A stretch of DNA of 63,829 bases, counting the filler, from Stramenopiles sp. TOSAG23-6 (lineage: Eukaryota), in assembly GCA_900128565.1 (NCBI GenBank). It is 13 parts of 13 records of this genome, joined end to end, with 100 filler letters (N's around TTAATTAATTAA, not from the genome) between each part and the next. Parts side by side here need not be neighbours in the genome. Positions count along the whole stretch, not along the records: positions 8,131 to 16,159 come from LT636482.1; positions 16,260 to 24,288 come from LT636483.1; positions 24,389 to 32,400 come from LT636484.1; 10 more parts are not named here. One strand, given 5' to 3'. The position numbers and the translations under genes are program-made. Positions 11,810-25,004 of this stretch are shown here, piece after piece (within the stretch, counting starts at the first letter, position 1; every line of letters begins with the position of its first letter). A model generated the notes under the pieces. It was not told where the DNA came from. It did no database searches and worked only from the letters and a program-made list of their open reading frames with translations.

Positions 11810-12748
11810 ATGCCTTCTTTTAAAGAAGTAGCTGGGGCAATATTGCTTGGTATTATAACTGTAGCCTTGCTTACCCCAGAGGCTCCACGTCAACGCGCCA
11901 CAAGACCTAGAAATTTTCCTCAACGACTAAGTCGTCCCCCCCCACCTAGATTAGCCTTTAGAGGAACCGCTGAAACTTTACAGCAAGGAAATCTTCCATC
12001 ACAATTAATTGATTCAATGGCTGTGGACAATGTTAATGATGTAAGTGAAAATATAAATAATATAGACATCATTGAAGAGTCTCCTGAAAGTCAAAATACG
12101 GACGAAGAAGTGGAATCCGGAGAGCTTGAAGCGGCACCAGGGATGCCTTCTCAACGTGTTGAAGAACTATTTGTCCTCCAAGACGAAAGTGAACAACTCG
12201 AGGTTGAAAGTCTTCTTCCAGGCGAGGCATCGAGTCTAATCCTGTCACAGAGAGCTTCATCATCGAGACCTTCATCATTGAGACCCAGTCCAACATCTCA
12301 AAGTAGTCGAGAGAATCCTTGCAACACAGACGAGGCAAAAGCACAGGCAGAAAATCGAATCACCTTAAATGAGGAATCTTTCGCCTCGATTTTTAGTGGA
12401 ACAGATGCAATTAGATTGGCCAAAATATCCCGCAAAAGATGTATCTTTTGTGCATCTGACATAAATACTGAGAAACAACGTCTCAAAGAAAGAAAAATAC
12501 GACGTGAAATACTAGAGAAACCATCACGTAATATCTTCTTAGAGTCAAATTGNTTAGGTATCAGTGATCCTATATCACTTGATGTAATTTCTATAANTGA
12601 TAATCCCGCNTGTATTTATGGCCAATGTTATGCAAAAGGGCCACTGATCAAAAACATTTCNACATTCAAAAATATGCTCATTCCTCATACTGGTGAGAAC
12701 TTCAGTGTGGCTGACATTGCACGAATTGAAAATCTGGGATGGTTTTAG
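11810..12748 (+). CDS. hypothetical protein with N-terminal hydrophobic segment and possible degenerate U-box C-terminus
   Basis: DPISLDVI..DNP...GQCY....I......PHTGE resembles a U-box. Confidence 0.6.
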   Translation: MPSFKEVAGAILLGIITVALLTPEAPRQRATRPRNFPQRLSRPPPPRLAFRGTAETLQQGNLPSQLIDSMAVDNVNDVSENINNIDIIEESPESQNTDEEVESGELEAAPGMPSQRVEELFVLQDESEQLEVESLLPGEASSLILSQRASSSRPSSLRPSPTSQSSRENPCNTDEAKAQAENRITLNEESFASIFSGTDAIRLAKISRKRCIFCASDINTEKQRLKERKIRREILEKPSRNIFLESNXLGISDPISLDVISIXDNPXCIYGQCYAKGPLIKNIXTFKNMLIPHTGENFSVADIARIENLGWF

Positions 12749-12961
12749 TATGGCTGACATTGCTCGTATCGACAATCTGGAATGATTTTAGTAAAATGGT
12801 AGTGATTATTTCTTTTCATAAAGGACAGTGATCAAACTGTTTGAAAACACCAGAAATGATAATGTAAATTGTGAGGAAACAATGAAATCATTTTAATCAA
12901 AAAACAACAAAATATTTACCTACTATAATAGTATAATTTAATGAAAGTGATTTTGTTAATA

Positions 12962-13711
12962 TTATGTCCGAAAAAGTTTCTGAAAAAAAATAATAATTGA
13001 TTGAAGACACCCACTTCTCGAAATCTGTTCTTTNTGTGTTTCTACCAAACTCACCTTAAACCCACCCTCACCCAGACAAACATATGAAAACCTTTGNTTT
13101 TCATTCTGTAAAAGATTTTCAACAGCTGGTTTAATCTTGGCCCTCTGACCTGCTGAGTGTATACCCTTACCCGTGATAATCTCAAGCTCGTGTCCCGGTA
13201 CCTGACCTGCAAATAGCATTTTCAATCGCTCTTGCACGTATTCTATTGCCTCTTTTAAGAAAAGACCATGTAAGTCCATTTGGTTAAGTTCATATCCACT
13301 GTTTTTAACTGCAAAAATTTGTGCTGCAGCCGCTCGGTCTTCGAACTCATATTGACGCTTAAGCTCGTGTGCTTGATTGAGCAACTTGCGGCGCTTANTG
13401 CGGCTAATCCCAGGATGATTTGCAGATTCAAATAGCTTACCAGCTTGTGCACGAAGAGAGTTTGCCGTGTCCCGATAATTTGTTTTGGAGAGACCTAAAA
13501 TGTCTAAAATCCTGGCTTTAGCGCGTTTCACCTGTATTTTAGGACCTTTGATGGTCACAATTGTAGAAGGGTCATGTTTTCGAGGCACTGTTACACATAC
13601 CCCAGGGTAATCTGAGTGGATATCTTTGATAGTGTTGCCACGAGTTCCAATGATTTTGCCCTGCTGGTCCTTTGGTACGTTTACAATTATGCTGCTGGTA
13701 TTGGCACCCAT
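12962..13711 (-). CDS. KH domain + Smr domain protein
   Basis: GKIIGTRGNTI (KH GxxG); MDLHGL...A and IITGKGIHS (Smr). Confidence 0.88.
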   Translation of the reverse strand: MGANTSSIIVNVPKDQQGKIIGTRGNTIKDIHSDYPGVCVTVPRKHDPSTIVTIKGPKIQVKRAKARILDILGLSKTNYRDTANSLRAQAGKLFESANHPGISRXKRRKLLNQAHELKRQYEFEDRAAAAQIFAVKNSGYELNQMDLHGLFLKEAIEYVQERLKMLFAGQVPGHELEIITGKGIHSAGQRAKIKPAVENLLQNEXQRFSYVCLGEGGFKVSLVETXKEQISRSGCLQSIIIFFQKLFRT

Positions 13712-13990
13712 TACTTTAACAGGAGGAGACTTCTTCGTGAGAGCCCAAATTCATTCCAATCACATGAACAAATCGATCAAATTGATCAAAATTGTTGTTT
13801 GACGTTTGACCATTCGCAAAGTCGCTTTTCGTTTTTTCATTTTCCGACGGTTGTTTTTTTTTAAATAACGGACGTATCATATACCTAAGATTAGTTATAT
13901 CTGGATCTGGATACGTACGTATACGTAGATCGACGTAGATACTTCTAACCCAAACGTTTGTTGAATATCTGTAATAATATCAAAAGGACA

Positions 13991-16159
13991 ATGATACGCA
14001 GCAGAACACCTCATTTGGATAGAATTGGTATTGAGTCAATAAATCCAACACGGTCCCTTGGTATACCAGTTGCACAACGACGTCTAAAGGAAATTGTCAA
14101 AGATATTAGTGGACAAAGTGAAAGAGAGCCCAACACGGAAAAAAGAAAAGGGAAGCACAAAAACAACAAAGAAAAATATCATCCAGAAACTCTACTGTTA
14201 GCAAAGGTTCCACGAATATCCAAGTCGCAACATAGTGACATATCATTGTGCTTGTCAACTGTGCAGTTATCACGTGCACTACCTACTTGTCATTTTTGGA
14301 TGGTATTGACTTGTATATTGGTCAATGTAGCTTTGACAGTCCTCTGTGCTTGCTTGTTTCGATTCTTCACAGAATCCTTCACCGCAGCCTACCCATCAAC
14401 ATATCGTGGGCCGACAAATGTCACGGTGTTTGCAAATACGATGCTTTTCCTTGGTGGCTTAGGTATTATTTCTCATTGTACAATGGAGTCTCTTTTGAGT
14501 ACTGCTCGACATCGGTTCACGTATATCGCTNCCTCATTGGTAACAGAAGATATGCGCGAGGATGATGACATTGAAGCAATGGACATCAGCGTTACTGCGA
14601 ACGCTTTATTTCATCTTATTCCAGTAGCCTTACATTCGGTGCTTGTATCTATAATATGCACGGGTTTTATGTTTTATCTAAGCTGGAGACATGCCCTGGT
14701 CGAATGTGGCACAATTATTCTAATGGTTATTATATTGGTGTTGTATTCAACATTTATTGACAAGTATAACTCTGAACGAAATTCAATACATGATAATTCA
14801 AATGATCTAGTTAATATTGAACATGAGAAAGCGTTAATCGAACTGAAAAAAACTAATTTACGAAAACGTAAATCTAGTCTTAAATCTAGCCGTTCTAAAA
14901 TTAATACTGGAAATGAATCATACGATGAAAATTCAAAAGAATCAGAAGAATCAGAAGAAGCGGAAGAAAGAGAAGAAGTTAAAGAAAGGAAAATAATGGC
15001 AATCAAAAACTATGCGCTCCAAGAAGTGACGGCATCATGGCATATTGCATATACACTTGTAGTGCTGTTTATTTTACTCGGTTCAGTGTATGCATTTATT
15101 TTTCTAAGCATCAGTATTGCGGAAGAACAAGACAGTGAACCTAACGTTCTTGTCAAGATTCTTTTACTCTTTTTTACATTGTCACATTTAAAAACTGCAA
15201 ATTTTTCAATTCTTCAAATTAGCTCAAATTCTGATTGTATCTCGCGAATAAATGATATACTTTGTAATTCAGACTTGAATTCGCTATACCGGCATTCAAA
15301 ATTCAATCTTTCTAGTGACTTAAAAAACGCAATGCATAAAAGGGTTAGTAAACCTAAAGTGGATCGTTCCGTAATCTACTCTATACATGTAGTATTTGTA
15401 GGGTTCATGATTATTTTTATCAATAACTACCGTAGAGGTCTTCGAGTTTGTTCTCCTGAAGTAACAGTGGATTGCTCAACAAAATATAACAATACAGAAC
15501 AATACTGCGGACGTGTGACAATACAACAAGAATTTGACTTTTCATCAGCGTCATGTTTACCAGAAAGTAAAGACGTTTTATTTGAAAAATGCTATTCTAT
15601 ATGTAAGACATATCCAATTGAAAAATTTGATATCACCTTGAACGCTACACCACTTGGTGATGATATGATGTCACAAAACCTTCAACCAACATTTTCAATA
15701 TCAATACCAAAAGAAGAAGGAAACAGACGTAGTCTTCGACGGATACTCCAGAATAAACAAAGGGGGAACCAAGTAACATATAACAGTGGTAACAGTCCAA
15801 CGCCAACAAACAATCCAGCACCAGCACCAACACCAAAAACACCAACACCAACACCGCCGCAGGAAACAACACAAACAACTCCAGCTAATGCTGGTGTCGT
15901 TATAAATGGGGATGGCACTAAAATCTATATGAATTCAGAATCAACAAACGCTCAAACAAACGCTCAAACAAACGCTCAAACAAACGCTCAAACAAATGCT
16001 CCAACAAACGCTCCAACACCAACACCAACAAAAACACCAACACCAACACCAACAAAACCACCAACAAAAGCTCCAACAAACGCTCCAACACCAACAAAAC
16101 CACCAACAAAAGCTCCAACAAAAGCTCCAACACCAGCACCAACACCAGCACCAACAAAA
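13991..16159 (+). CDS. multi-pass membrane protein with Cys motif and Pro/Thr-rich repeats (3' partial)
   Basis: Several hydrophobic segments, TNAQ/TKAPTPAP repeats; similar to the N-terminal half of 42513-48290. Confidence 0.75.
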
Positions 16160-16259
16160 NNNNNNNNNNNNNNNNNNNNNNNNNNNNNNNNNNNNNNNNN
16201 NNNTTAATTAATTAANNNNNNNNNNNNNNNNNNNNNNNNNNNNNNNNNNNNNNNNNNNN

Positions 16260-16975
16260 AAGATCCTTTTTGACTGCTGGGGATTGTACGTTTTCATTTT
16301 GATTTGGATTTTTTTTTCGTACGAAATTTTGTACCTAATGAATTTTTCTTTGAAATATTTTTTCACAATACTTGGACTGTAAAAGTCTGGGCTGAAGATT
16401 TAAGTTCGCCGATTATAAGTTCCCCATTTTGCTCTTCTTCATTAACAGCAGCTTGTTGGTCTTCATCTCGAGCTGGTGTTTTTTTTTGTGGGCGGAAGGA
16501 TGGGTATATCGATGTTTGGGATTTTTTCGAGAAACAAAAAGCACCTTCATTATCACATAAGCTTGGCAAAGCTTCTGTTACTTCACTGGGGTTGCAATCT
16601 TATAGTTTGGATTATGACGACCACAGTATTCTTGCAGTTGGTGATTCGGCTGGTGATGCCCATATACTTCAGTTATGTCCAGCTTTATATGGAAATCAGC
16701 ATAATGAAAAGGCATCTATTGCAAATGTGTTTGAAAGAGAATTTAATAGAGAAAAGAATCTTTTAGCAGCAGTGAAGAAAGGACATAGACGTCGAAAAGT
16801 CGCGCAGGAAATGGCTAAATTTCAAGAGGAGGAGAAGATTAAATTGAAAAATACGGAAGACGAACTGGATAAAAAATTAGCCGAAATAGATCAGGAATTT
16901 TTAGAAATGATGCGTAACCCAAACACTTCAGGAGCATTGAATCATATAGGTACAAAACCACTATCGACAGATTAA
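16260..16975 (+). CDS. DNAI2: DNAI2-like fragment (duplicate; intron 16286-16373)
   Basis: Same as 8131-8846. Confidence 0.7.
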
Positions 16976-17235
16976 TATTTGAAAAGTATAACTTTTTAGT
17001 ATAGAAACAAATAGAGAATAAAAGAATTAGAAGTTGAATTATTTTTTATCAAATTTCCTTTTTATTATTTTGTGCATTATATTATTTTGTACATGTTTTG
17101 TTTCATTAGATATTATAAATGATATTATAAATGGCATTTGAAATTTGACTTATACGATACCAATGCATTTTTATAGGCCTGCCAAGGACAAATAATTGGT
17201 ACAATTTTAATATCTAACCACCAAATTTTATTTCA

Positions 17236-18036
17236 TTACTGGTGCATCAGAACCTGGGTTTCAGGATGATGATGTTTTTTTGGATGATGTCCATGATGAT
17301 GTTTTTTTGGATGATGTCCATGATGATGATTTTTTGGATGGTTATCATCATCTTTTTTCAGAGCGAGACAAAGTTTATGACAAAAGTGCTCATTTTTCTT
17401 TGCCAAGCAAGAATCGCAATATTCGCCAATTGTTTGATTCGCTGCACAGCTCAAGCAGGGTAGCGTCAAAGCTCTGCAACACATCCGTTCATGTTTTTTA
17501 TCTTCAGCATTCTCCAAGACAGAAGACATTAAAGCCGTAGCTTTTTTCTTTATCTCAAGTAACACTGGAGGCGGGATTAGTACTTTATCNATGATATGTA
17601 CAACNCCATTTGATGCGTCAACATTCGGGGTTGTGACTCGAGCGTAGTTGATAAAGATATTGGAACCTTTTACTGTAGCAAGCACAGATGAACCAGATAA
17701 AGTTTTAATTACCTCTTTGTTTTTGAGATCTCCAGCGTGCACACTCCCGGATACAACGTGATAAGTGAGGATCTTTACGAGCGTACTTCAGTTTGTTGGA
17801 TCGAGAAGATATTTGATAAGAACTTTTGGTAGCATAGCAAACGCTTCATTCGTTGGAGCAAAGACAGTAAATGGACCTGGTCCCTCGAGAGTCTTTACGA
17901 GCTCTGCATCTNTAACTGCTGTCACAAGTGTTGAAAGATCCTTTGTCTTCGCTGCAAGTTGGACGATGTTATCATTAGTAGCATTCGTGAATGCAACCAA
18001 GAAAAGGTTTAGAAAAACAATCAATGTTTTACTCAT
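17236..18036 (-). CDS. fasciclin protein (duplicate)
   Basis: Same as 9107-9907. Confidence 0.8.
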
Positions 18037-18383
18037 TTTTCTTTTGTTAAAGTATTCGAAAGTTACTGGTTTTTTCTAAAGATGTCAGAAACACATGTCC
18101 AAAACCACCGAAAAAAATCTTTTTTCCCAGTTACCGGGTAACCAAATCTGATTACAAAAATTTATTTGAAAAGAAAAAGGCCATTAATTTCAAACAGTAT
18201 CTACAAATTGTATATTATCATTATATTGATCATAACAAGAAATCTAAAATCCATCTATTCACTTTAAAAAAAATCTTTTTTTCGTATATAAATTTGTTAC
18301 CTAAAAGGTACTGTCATGAGTTTTTTACCTTTATCGAGACTTATCTTCTTTTCGTATACAAATTTGTTACCTTAAAGGTACTT

Positions 18384-19655
18384 TTACCTTTGTCGAGACT
18401 CATCTTTCTCAGGCGGTTCTGGAATTGCTTTCACTGCTGTGACTAAGTCATCGACAGAAAATGTCATGAGTTCGTCTAATGTAGATTTTATGTCAAGGCG
18501 ACGATCTAAATGAAATTTTGCAAGTTTGTGAATTCGTTTTGCCATGGCAGCGTTAAACGTTGAACGTTGTCTTTGACTGGTATATGTTGAAATAATCTTG
18601 GCAAGTTCTTCAGTCTTCTGATTACCCCATTCCGAAGGAAGCTTNAATTTTTTCCTTTCAATTCGCATAACTGTAATTTTTGCGATTTCGAGACAAGAGT
18701 AATCTCTGAAACGAAAATGGCGTTGGACTCTCCTAAACATACCTTCATTTGATTGAAAAAATCGTTCCATATCTTTATCATAACCAGCAAATACCATGAC
18801 AGGGTCTCCATCATTCATAACTGCCATCAACTCTTCAATTGCTTCAGGTCCAAAATCAGATTTCGCACCAGGCTGTCCTAGTAGTCGATATGCTTCATCG
18901 ACAAATAAAATTCCTTCTTTAGCTTGTTCAATAACTTTTTGCGTTTTTGGACCTGTTTGACCAACATAACCAGCAACAAGATCAGAACGCTGTACTTCTA
19001 CTAATTGACCATGTTTCACAACACCAAGCGTTCTTAGGCATGATGCAACTAATCTTGCAACCATTGTTTTTCCTGTTCCTGGATTACCGTAGAATGCAAA
19101 GTGAGGCGCTTCTATCGGTCCAAGGTCCATTCCAAGCTCACGTCTACGCTTATCCAGTAATAGTTCTTGGCGCATTGACAGTATTTCAGCTTTTATATCA
19201 TCCAATCCTACTAGTTTTGCAAACTCTTCTTCCAGGTTAATTTTCTTTGCAGGTTTAATTTTAACTCTTTTTTCTTCTTTTTTTTTTGCTGCGTCCTCTT
19301 CCATTTTAGCAGTAGCTGTTCCACTTTCCTCCTCTCCAGCTATTGCTGACTTTAAATATTCAACACGATCCATATAACCAGACATACGACTTTTAATCAG
19401 ATCCTTTTCATGCATATTTTTACACCATTTCATATATATCTACTTTTATTACATACTAGTTGAAGGATCACTTGTGAGTTTTACAATAATTGAGAAAAAT
19501 AGAGTTAGGAAAAATGGTTGAATAATATAGCTTACCATTAAGTGATCTATACCTTTAAGGTATAAGTTTTTAGCTTTGTTTAACAAACCTTCATTATCAG
19601 CAGCGATTGCTTCTTTGATGAACTCAAGACCGCGTGTTTTTACATTGTCTGCCAT
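18384..19655 (-). CDS. MIT + CbbX-type AAA ATPase (duplicate)
   Basis: Same as 10255-11526. Confidence 0.8.
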
Positions 19656-19938
19656 TTTCTTTTCAAGAACGGAGGTCAAGAACAACAATATTGAAATATA
19701 TTTTGTCGTCGCGCCGCCGACATTTTCAAATTTTCTTTCAAATAATTTTTCCAACCCTAACCCTAGCTAGTTTTTTGATAGCTAATCATAATAATTATGA
19801 CAGTTTTTTTTTTTCAAATCAAATTTGAAAATTTTTGCAGACGGTCAGAAGAATTCCAAGAACAACACAATACATTGAATACAGTATAAAAAATAAAAAT
19901 TGCTATTACTACATATATATAGGCTATAAGTCAAAAGA

Positions 19939-20877
19939 ATGCCTTCTTTTAAAGAAGTAGCTGGGGCAATATTGCTTGGTATTATAACTGTAGCCTTGCT
20001 TACCCCAGAGGCTCCACGTCAACGCGCCACAAGACCTAGAAATTTTCCTCAACGACTAAGTCGTCCCCCCCCACCTAGATTAGCCTTTAGAGGAACCGCT
20101 GAAACTTTACAGCAAGGAAATCTTCCATCACAATTAATTGATTCAATGGCTGTGGACAATGTTAATGATGTAAGTGAAAATATAAATAATATAGACATCA
20201 TTGAAGAGTCTCCTGAAAGTCAAAATACGGACGAAGAAGTGGAATCCGGAGAGCTTGAAGCGGCACCAGGGATGCCTTCTCAACGTGTTGAAGAACTATT
20301 TGTCCTCCAAGACGAAAGTGAACAACTCGAGGTTGAAAGTCTTCTTCCAGGCGAGGCATCGAGTCTAATCCTGTCACAGAGAGCTTCATCATCGAGACCT
20401 TCATCATTGAGACCCAGTCCAACATCTCAAAGTAGTCGAGAGAATCCTTGCAACACAGACGAGGCAAAAGCACAGGCAGAAAATCGAATCACCTTAAATG
20501 AGGAATCTTTCGCCTCGATTTTTAGTGGAACAGATGCAATTAGATTGGCCAAAATATCCCGCAAAAGATGTATCTTTTGTGCATCTGACATAAATACTGA
20601 GAAACAACGTCTCAAAGAAAGAAAAATACGACGTGAAATACTAGAGAAACCATCACGTAATATCTTCTTAGAGTCAAATTGNTTAGGTATCAGTGATCCT
20701 ATATCACTTGATGTAATTTCTATAANTGATAATCCCGCNTGTATTTATGGCCAATGTTATGCAAAAGGGCCACTGATCAAAAACATTTCNACATTCAAAA
20801 ATATGCTCATTCCTCATACTGGTGAGAACTTCAGTGTGGCTGACATTGCACGAATTGAAAATCTGGGATGGTTTTAG
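19939..20877 (+). CDS. hypothetical, possible U-box (duplicate)
   Basis: Same as 11810-12748. Confidence 0.55.
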   Translation: MPSFKEVAGAILLGIITVALLTPEAPRQRATRPRNFPQRLSRPPPPRLAFRGTAETLQQGNLPSQLIDSMAVDNVNDVSENINNIDIIEESPESQNTDEEVESGELEAAPGMPSQRVEELFVLQDESEQLEVESLLPGEASSLILSQRASSSRPSSLRPSPTSQSSRENPCNTDEAKAQAENRITLNEESFASIFSGTDAIRLAKISRKRCIFCASDINTEKQRLKERKIRREILEKPSRNIFLESNXLGISDPISLDVISIXDNPXCIYGQCYAKGPLIKNIXTFKNMLIPHTGENFSVADIARIENLGWF

Positions 20878-21090
20878 TATGGCTGACATTGCTCGTATCG
20901 ACAATCTGGAATGATTTTAGTAAAATGGTAGTGATTATTTCTTTTCATAAAGGACAGTGATCAAACTGTTTGAAAACACCAGAAATGATAATGTAAATTG
21001 TGAGGAAACAATGAAATCATTTTAATCAAAAAACAACAAAATATTTACCTACTATAATAGTATAATTTAATGAAAGTGATTTTGTTAATA

Positions 21091-21840
21091 TTATGTCCGA
21101 AAAAGTTTCTGAAAAAAAATAATAATTGATTGAAGACACCCACTTCTCGAAATCTGTTCTTTNTGTGTTTCTACCAAACTCACCTTAAACCCACCCTCAC
21201 CCAGACAAACATATGAAAACCTTTGNTTTTCATTCTGTAAAAGATTTTCAACAGCTGGTTTAATCTTGGCCCTCTGACCTGCTGAGTGTATACCCTTACC
21301 CGTGATAATCTCAAGCTCGTGTCCCGGTACCTGACCTGCAAATAGCATTTTCAATCGCTCTTGCACGTATTCTATTGCCTCTTTTAAGAAAAGACCATGT
21401 AAGTCCATTTGGTTAAGTTCATATCCACTGTTTTTAACTGCAAAAATTTGTGCTGCAGCCGCTCGGTCTTCGAACTCATATTGACGCTTAAGCTCGTGTG
21501 CTTGATTGAGCAACTTGCGGCGCTTANTGCGGCTAATCCCAGGATGATTTGCAGATTCAAATAGCTTACCAGCTTGTGCACGAAGAGAGTTTGCCGTGTC
21601 CCGATAATTTGTTTTGGAGAGACCTAAAATGTCTAAAATCCTGGCTTTAGCGCGTTTCACCTGTATTTTAGGACCTTTGATGGTCACAATTGTAGAAGGG
21701 TCATGTTTTCGAGGCACTGTTACACATACCCCAGGGTAATCTGAGTGGATATCTTTGATAGTGTTGCCACGAGTTCCAATGATTTTGCCCTGCTGGTCCT
21801 TTGGTACGTTTACAATTATGCTGCTGGTATTGGCACCCAT
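21091..21840 (-). CDS. KH + Smr protein (duplicate)
   Basis: Same as 12962-13711. Confidence 0.85.
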   Translation of the reverse strand: MGANTSSIIVNVPKDQQGKIIGTRGNTIKDIHSDYPGVCVTVPRKHDPSTIVTIKGPKIQVKRAKARILDILGLSKTNYRDTANSLRAQAGKLFESANHPGISRXKRRKLLNQAHELKRQYEFEDRAAAAQIFAVKNSGYELNQMDLHGLFLKEAIEYVQERLKMLFAGQVPGHELEIITGKGIHSAGQRAKIKPAVENLLQNEXQRFSYVCLGEGGFKVSLVETXKEQISRSGCLQSIIIFFQKLFRT

Positions 21841-22119
21841 TACTTTAACAGGAGGAGACTTCTTCGTGAGAGCCCAAATTCATTCCAATCACATGAACAA
21901 ATCGATCAAATTGATCAAAATTGTTGTTTGACGTTTGACCATTCGCAAAGTCGCTTTTCGTTTTTTCATTTTCCGACGGTTGTTTTTTTTTAAATAACGG
22001 ACGTATCATATACCTAAGATTAGTTATATCTGGATCTGGATACGTACGTATACGTAGATCGACGTAGATACTTCTAACCCAAACGTTTGTTGAATATCTG
22101 TAATAATATCAAAAGGACA

Positions 22120-24288
22120 ATGATACGCAGCAGAACACCTCATTTGGATAGAATTGGTATTGAGTCAATAAATCCAACACGGTCCCTTGGTATACCAGTT
22201 GCACAACGACGTCTAAAGGAAATTGTCAAAGATATTAGTGGACAAAGTGAAAGAGAGCCCAACACGGAAAAAAGAAAAGGGAAGCACAAAAACAACAAAG
22301 AAAAATATCATCCAGAAACTCTACTGTTAGCAAAGGTTCCACGAATATCCAAGTCGCAACATAGTGACATATCATTGTGCTTGTCAACTGTGCAGTTATC
22401 ACGTGCACTACCTACTTGTCATTTTTGGATGGTATTGACTTGTATATTGGTCAATGTAGCTTTGACAGTCCTCTGTGCTTGCTTGTTTCGATTCTTCACA
22501 GAATCCTTCACCGCAGCCTACCCATCAACATATCGTGGGCCGACAAATGTCACGGTGTTTGCAAATACGATGCTTTTCCTTGGTGGCTTAGGTATTATTT
22601 CTCATTGTACAATGGAGTCTCTTTTGAGTACTGCTCGACATCGGTTCACGTATATCGCTNCCTCATTGGTAACAGAAGATATGCGCGAGGATGATGACAT
22701 TGAAGCAATGGACATCAGCGTTACTGCGAACGCTTTATTTCATCTTATTCCAGTAGCCTTACATTCGGTGCTTGTATCTATAATATGCACGGGTTTTATG
22801 TTTTATCTAAGCTGGAGACATGCCCTGGTCGAATGTGGCACAATTATTCTAATGGTTATTATATTGGTGTTGTATTCAACATTTATTGACAAGTATAACT
22901 CTGAACGAAATTCAATACATGATAATTCAAATGATCTAGTTAATATTGAACATGAGAAAGCGTTAATCGAACTGAAAAAAACTAATTTACGAAAACGTAA
23001 ATCTAGTCTTAAATCTAGCCGTTCTAAAATTAATACTGGAAATGAATCATACGATGAAAATTCAAAAGAATCAGAAGAATCAGAAGAAGCGGAAGAAAGA
23101 GAAGAAGTTAAAGAAAGGAAAATAATGGCAATCAAAAACTATGCGCTCCAAGAAGTGACGGCATCATGGCATATTGCATATACACTTGTAGTGCTGTTTA
23201 TTTTACTCGGTTCAGTGTATGCATTTATTTTTCTAAGCATCAGTATTGCGGAAGAACAAGACAGTGAACCTAACGTTCTTGTCAAGATTCTTTTACTCTT
23301 TTTTACATTGTCACATTTAAAAACTGCAAATTTTTCAATTCTTCAAATTAGCTCAAATTCTGATTGTATCTCGCGAATAAATGATATACTTTGTAATTCA
23401 GACTTGAATTCGCTATACCGGCATTCAAAATTCAATCTTTCTAGTGACTTAAAAAACGCAATGCATAAAAGGGTTAGTAAACCTAAAGTGGATCGTTCCG
23501 TAATCTACTCTATACATGTAGTATTTGTAGGGTTCATGATTATTTTTATCAATAACTACCGTAGAGGTCTTCGAGTTTGTTCTCCTGAAGTAACAGTGGA
23601 TTGCTCAACAAAATATAACAATACAGAACAATACTGCGGACGTGTGACAATACAACAAGAATTTGACTTTTCATCAGCGTCATGTTTACCAGAAAGTAAA
23701 GACGTTTTATTTGAAAAATGCTATTCTATATGTAAGACATATCCAATTGAAAAATTTGATATCACCTTGAACGCTACACCACTTGGTGATGATATGATGT
23801 CACAAAACCTTCAACCAACATTTTCAATATCAATACCAAAAGAAGAAGGAAACAGACGTAGTCTTCGACGGATACTCCAGAATAAACAAAGGGGGAACCA
23901 AGTAACATATAACAGTGGTAACAGTCCAACGCCAACAAACAATCCAGCACCAGCACCAACACCAAAAACACCAACACCAACACCGCCGCAGGAAACAACA
24001 CAAACAACTCCAGCTAATGCTGGTGTCGTTATAAATGGGGATGGCACTAAAATCTATATGAATTCAGAATCAACAAACGCTCAAACAAACGCTCAAACAA
24101 ACGCTCAAACAAACGCTCAAACAAATGCTCCAACAAACGCTCCAACACCAACACCAACAAAAACACCAACACCAACACCAACAAAACCACCAACAAAAGC
24201 TCCAACAAACGCTCCAACACCAACAAAACCACCAACAAAAGCTCCAACAAAAGCTCCAACACCAGCACCAACACCAGCACCAACAAAA
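22120..24288 (+). CDS. multi-pass membrane Pro/Thr-repeat protein (duplicate)
   Basis: Same as 13991-16159. Confidence 0.7.
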
Positions 24289-24388
24289 NNNNNNNNNNNN
24301 NNNNNNNNNNNNNNNNNNNNNNNNNNNNNNNNTTAATTAATTAANNNNNNNNNNNNNNNNNNNNNNNNNNNNNNNNNNNNNNNNNNNN

Positions 24389-24585
24389 CCTTTTGTATTG
24401 TAAAAAAAATTTTTTTTTTTTTTTTTTTTTTTTGTTAGGTACAATATTTACTATGAAAAAAAAATGTAAAAAAAAAATCAAAATTTTTTTTTTTTGGTTT
24501 AGGTACAAAATATCGTACGAAAAAAAAAATTAAAAAAATAAAAATAAAAAAAACGAAAATTAAGTGTAGGGTAAAAAAAACGTAC
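24389..24585 (-). other. family intron (3' end poorly resolved)
   Basis: A|GTACGTTTT...TTCGTACGATATTTTGTACCTAA; core appears twice. Confidence 0.6.
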
Positions 24586-24775
24586 TTCCATTACACAACA
24601 TTGATATGATTGCAACATATGTAAATGGTGTTATACATTCACAATATTTCTGCTGCATTGTTTCAAATATTTGTAACGCAGTGTTTAATTGATTTGTTTC
24701 TTTACACACACGTAAGGCTATTTGAAAACTATGTCTATTTGGCTTGATTTTGTCATTCTGGAATATATCAAAACA
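24586..24775 (-). CDS. pentatricopeptide-repeat-like internal exon
   Basis: IKPNRHSFQIALRVC...ALQIFETMQQK...TPFTYVAIISMLC, flanked by family introns. Confidence 0.6.
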
Positions 24776-24900
24776 ATGTATTTTGGAAAAATATTTCAAA
24801 ATTTTTTTTTTTTTTAGTTTCAAAAAAAAAAAAAAAAAAAAAAAAAAAATTAAAAAAAAAAAAAAAAAAATTTTTTAGGTAAAAATTTTTGTATAAAAAA

Positions 24901-24934
<34 letters not shown>

Positions 24935-25004
24935 CTAAAAAAAAAAAAAAAAATTTCTAAAAAAAAAAAAAAAATTGAAAACATTTGAAATGATGAAAAC
25001 AAAC
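24776..25004 (-). other. family intron GT...AT (homopolymer-garbled, possibly chimeric)
   Basis: AAT|GTTTGT ... TCCAAAATACAT|TGT. Confidence 0.55.

Larger units (their letters stand above)
16260..24288. repeat. duplicate of contig 8131-16159
   Basis: Appears identical, including positions of ambiguous n bases; offset 8129. Confidence 0.95.

Noticed and set aside
15645-16211. Antisense and alternate-frame low-complexity ORFs (also at 9113, 31688, 35479, 46443)
   Set aside because: Shadows of repetitive coding sequence on the true strand.
8131-24288. 8-kb tandem duplication
   Set aside because: Both copies are bounded by linkers and share even the ambiguous bases, so this is a redundant contig.
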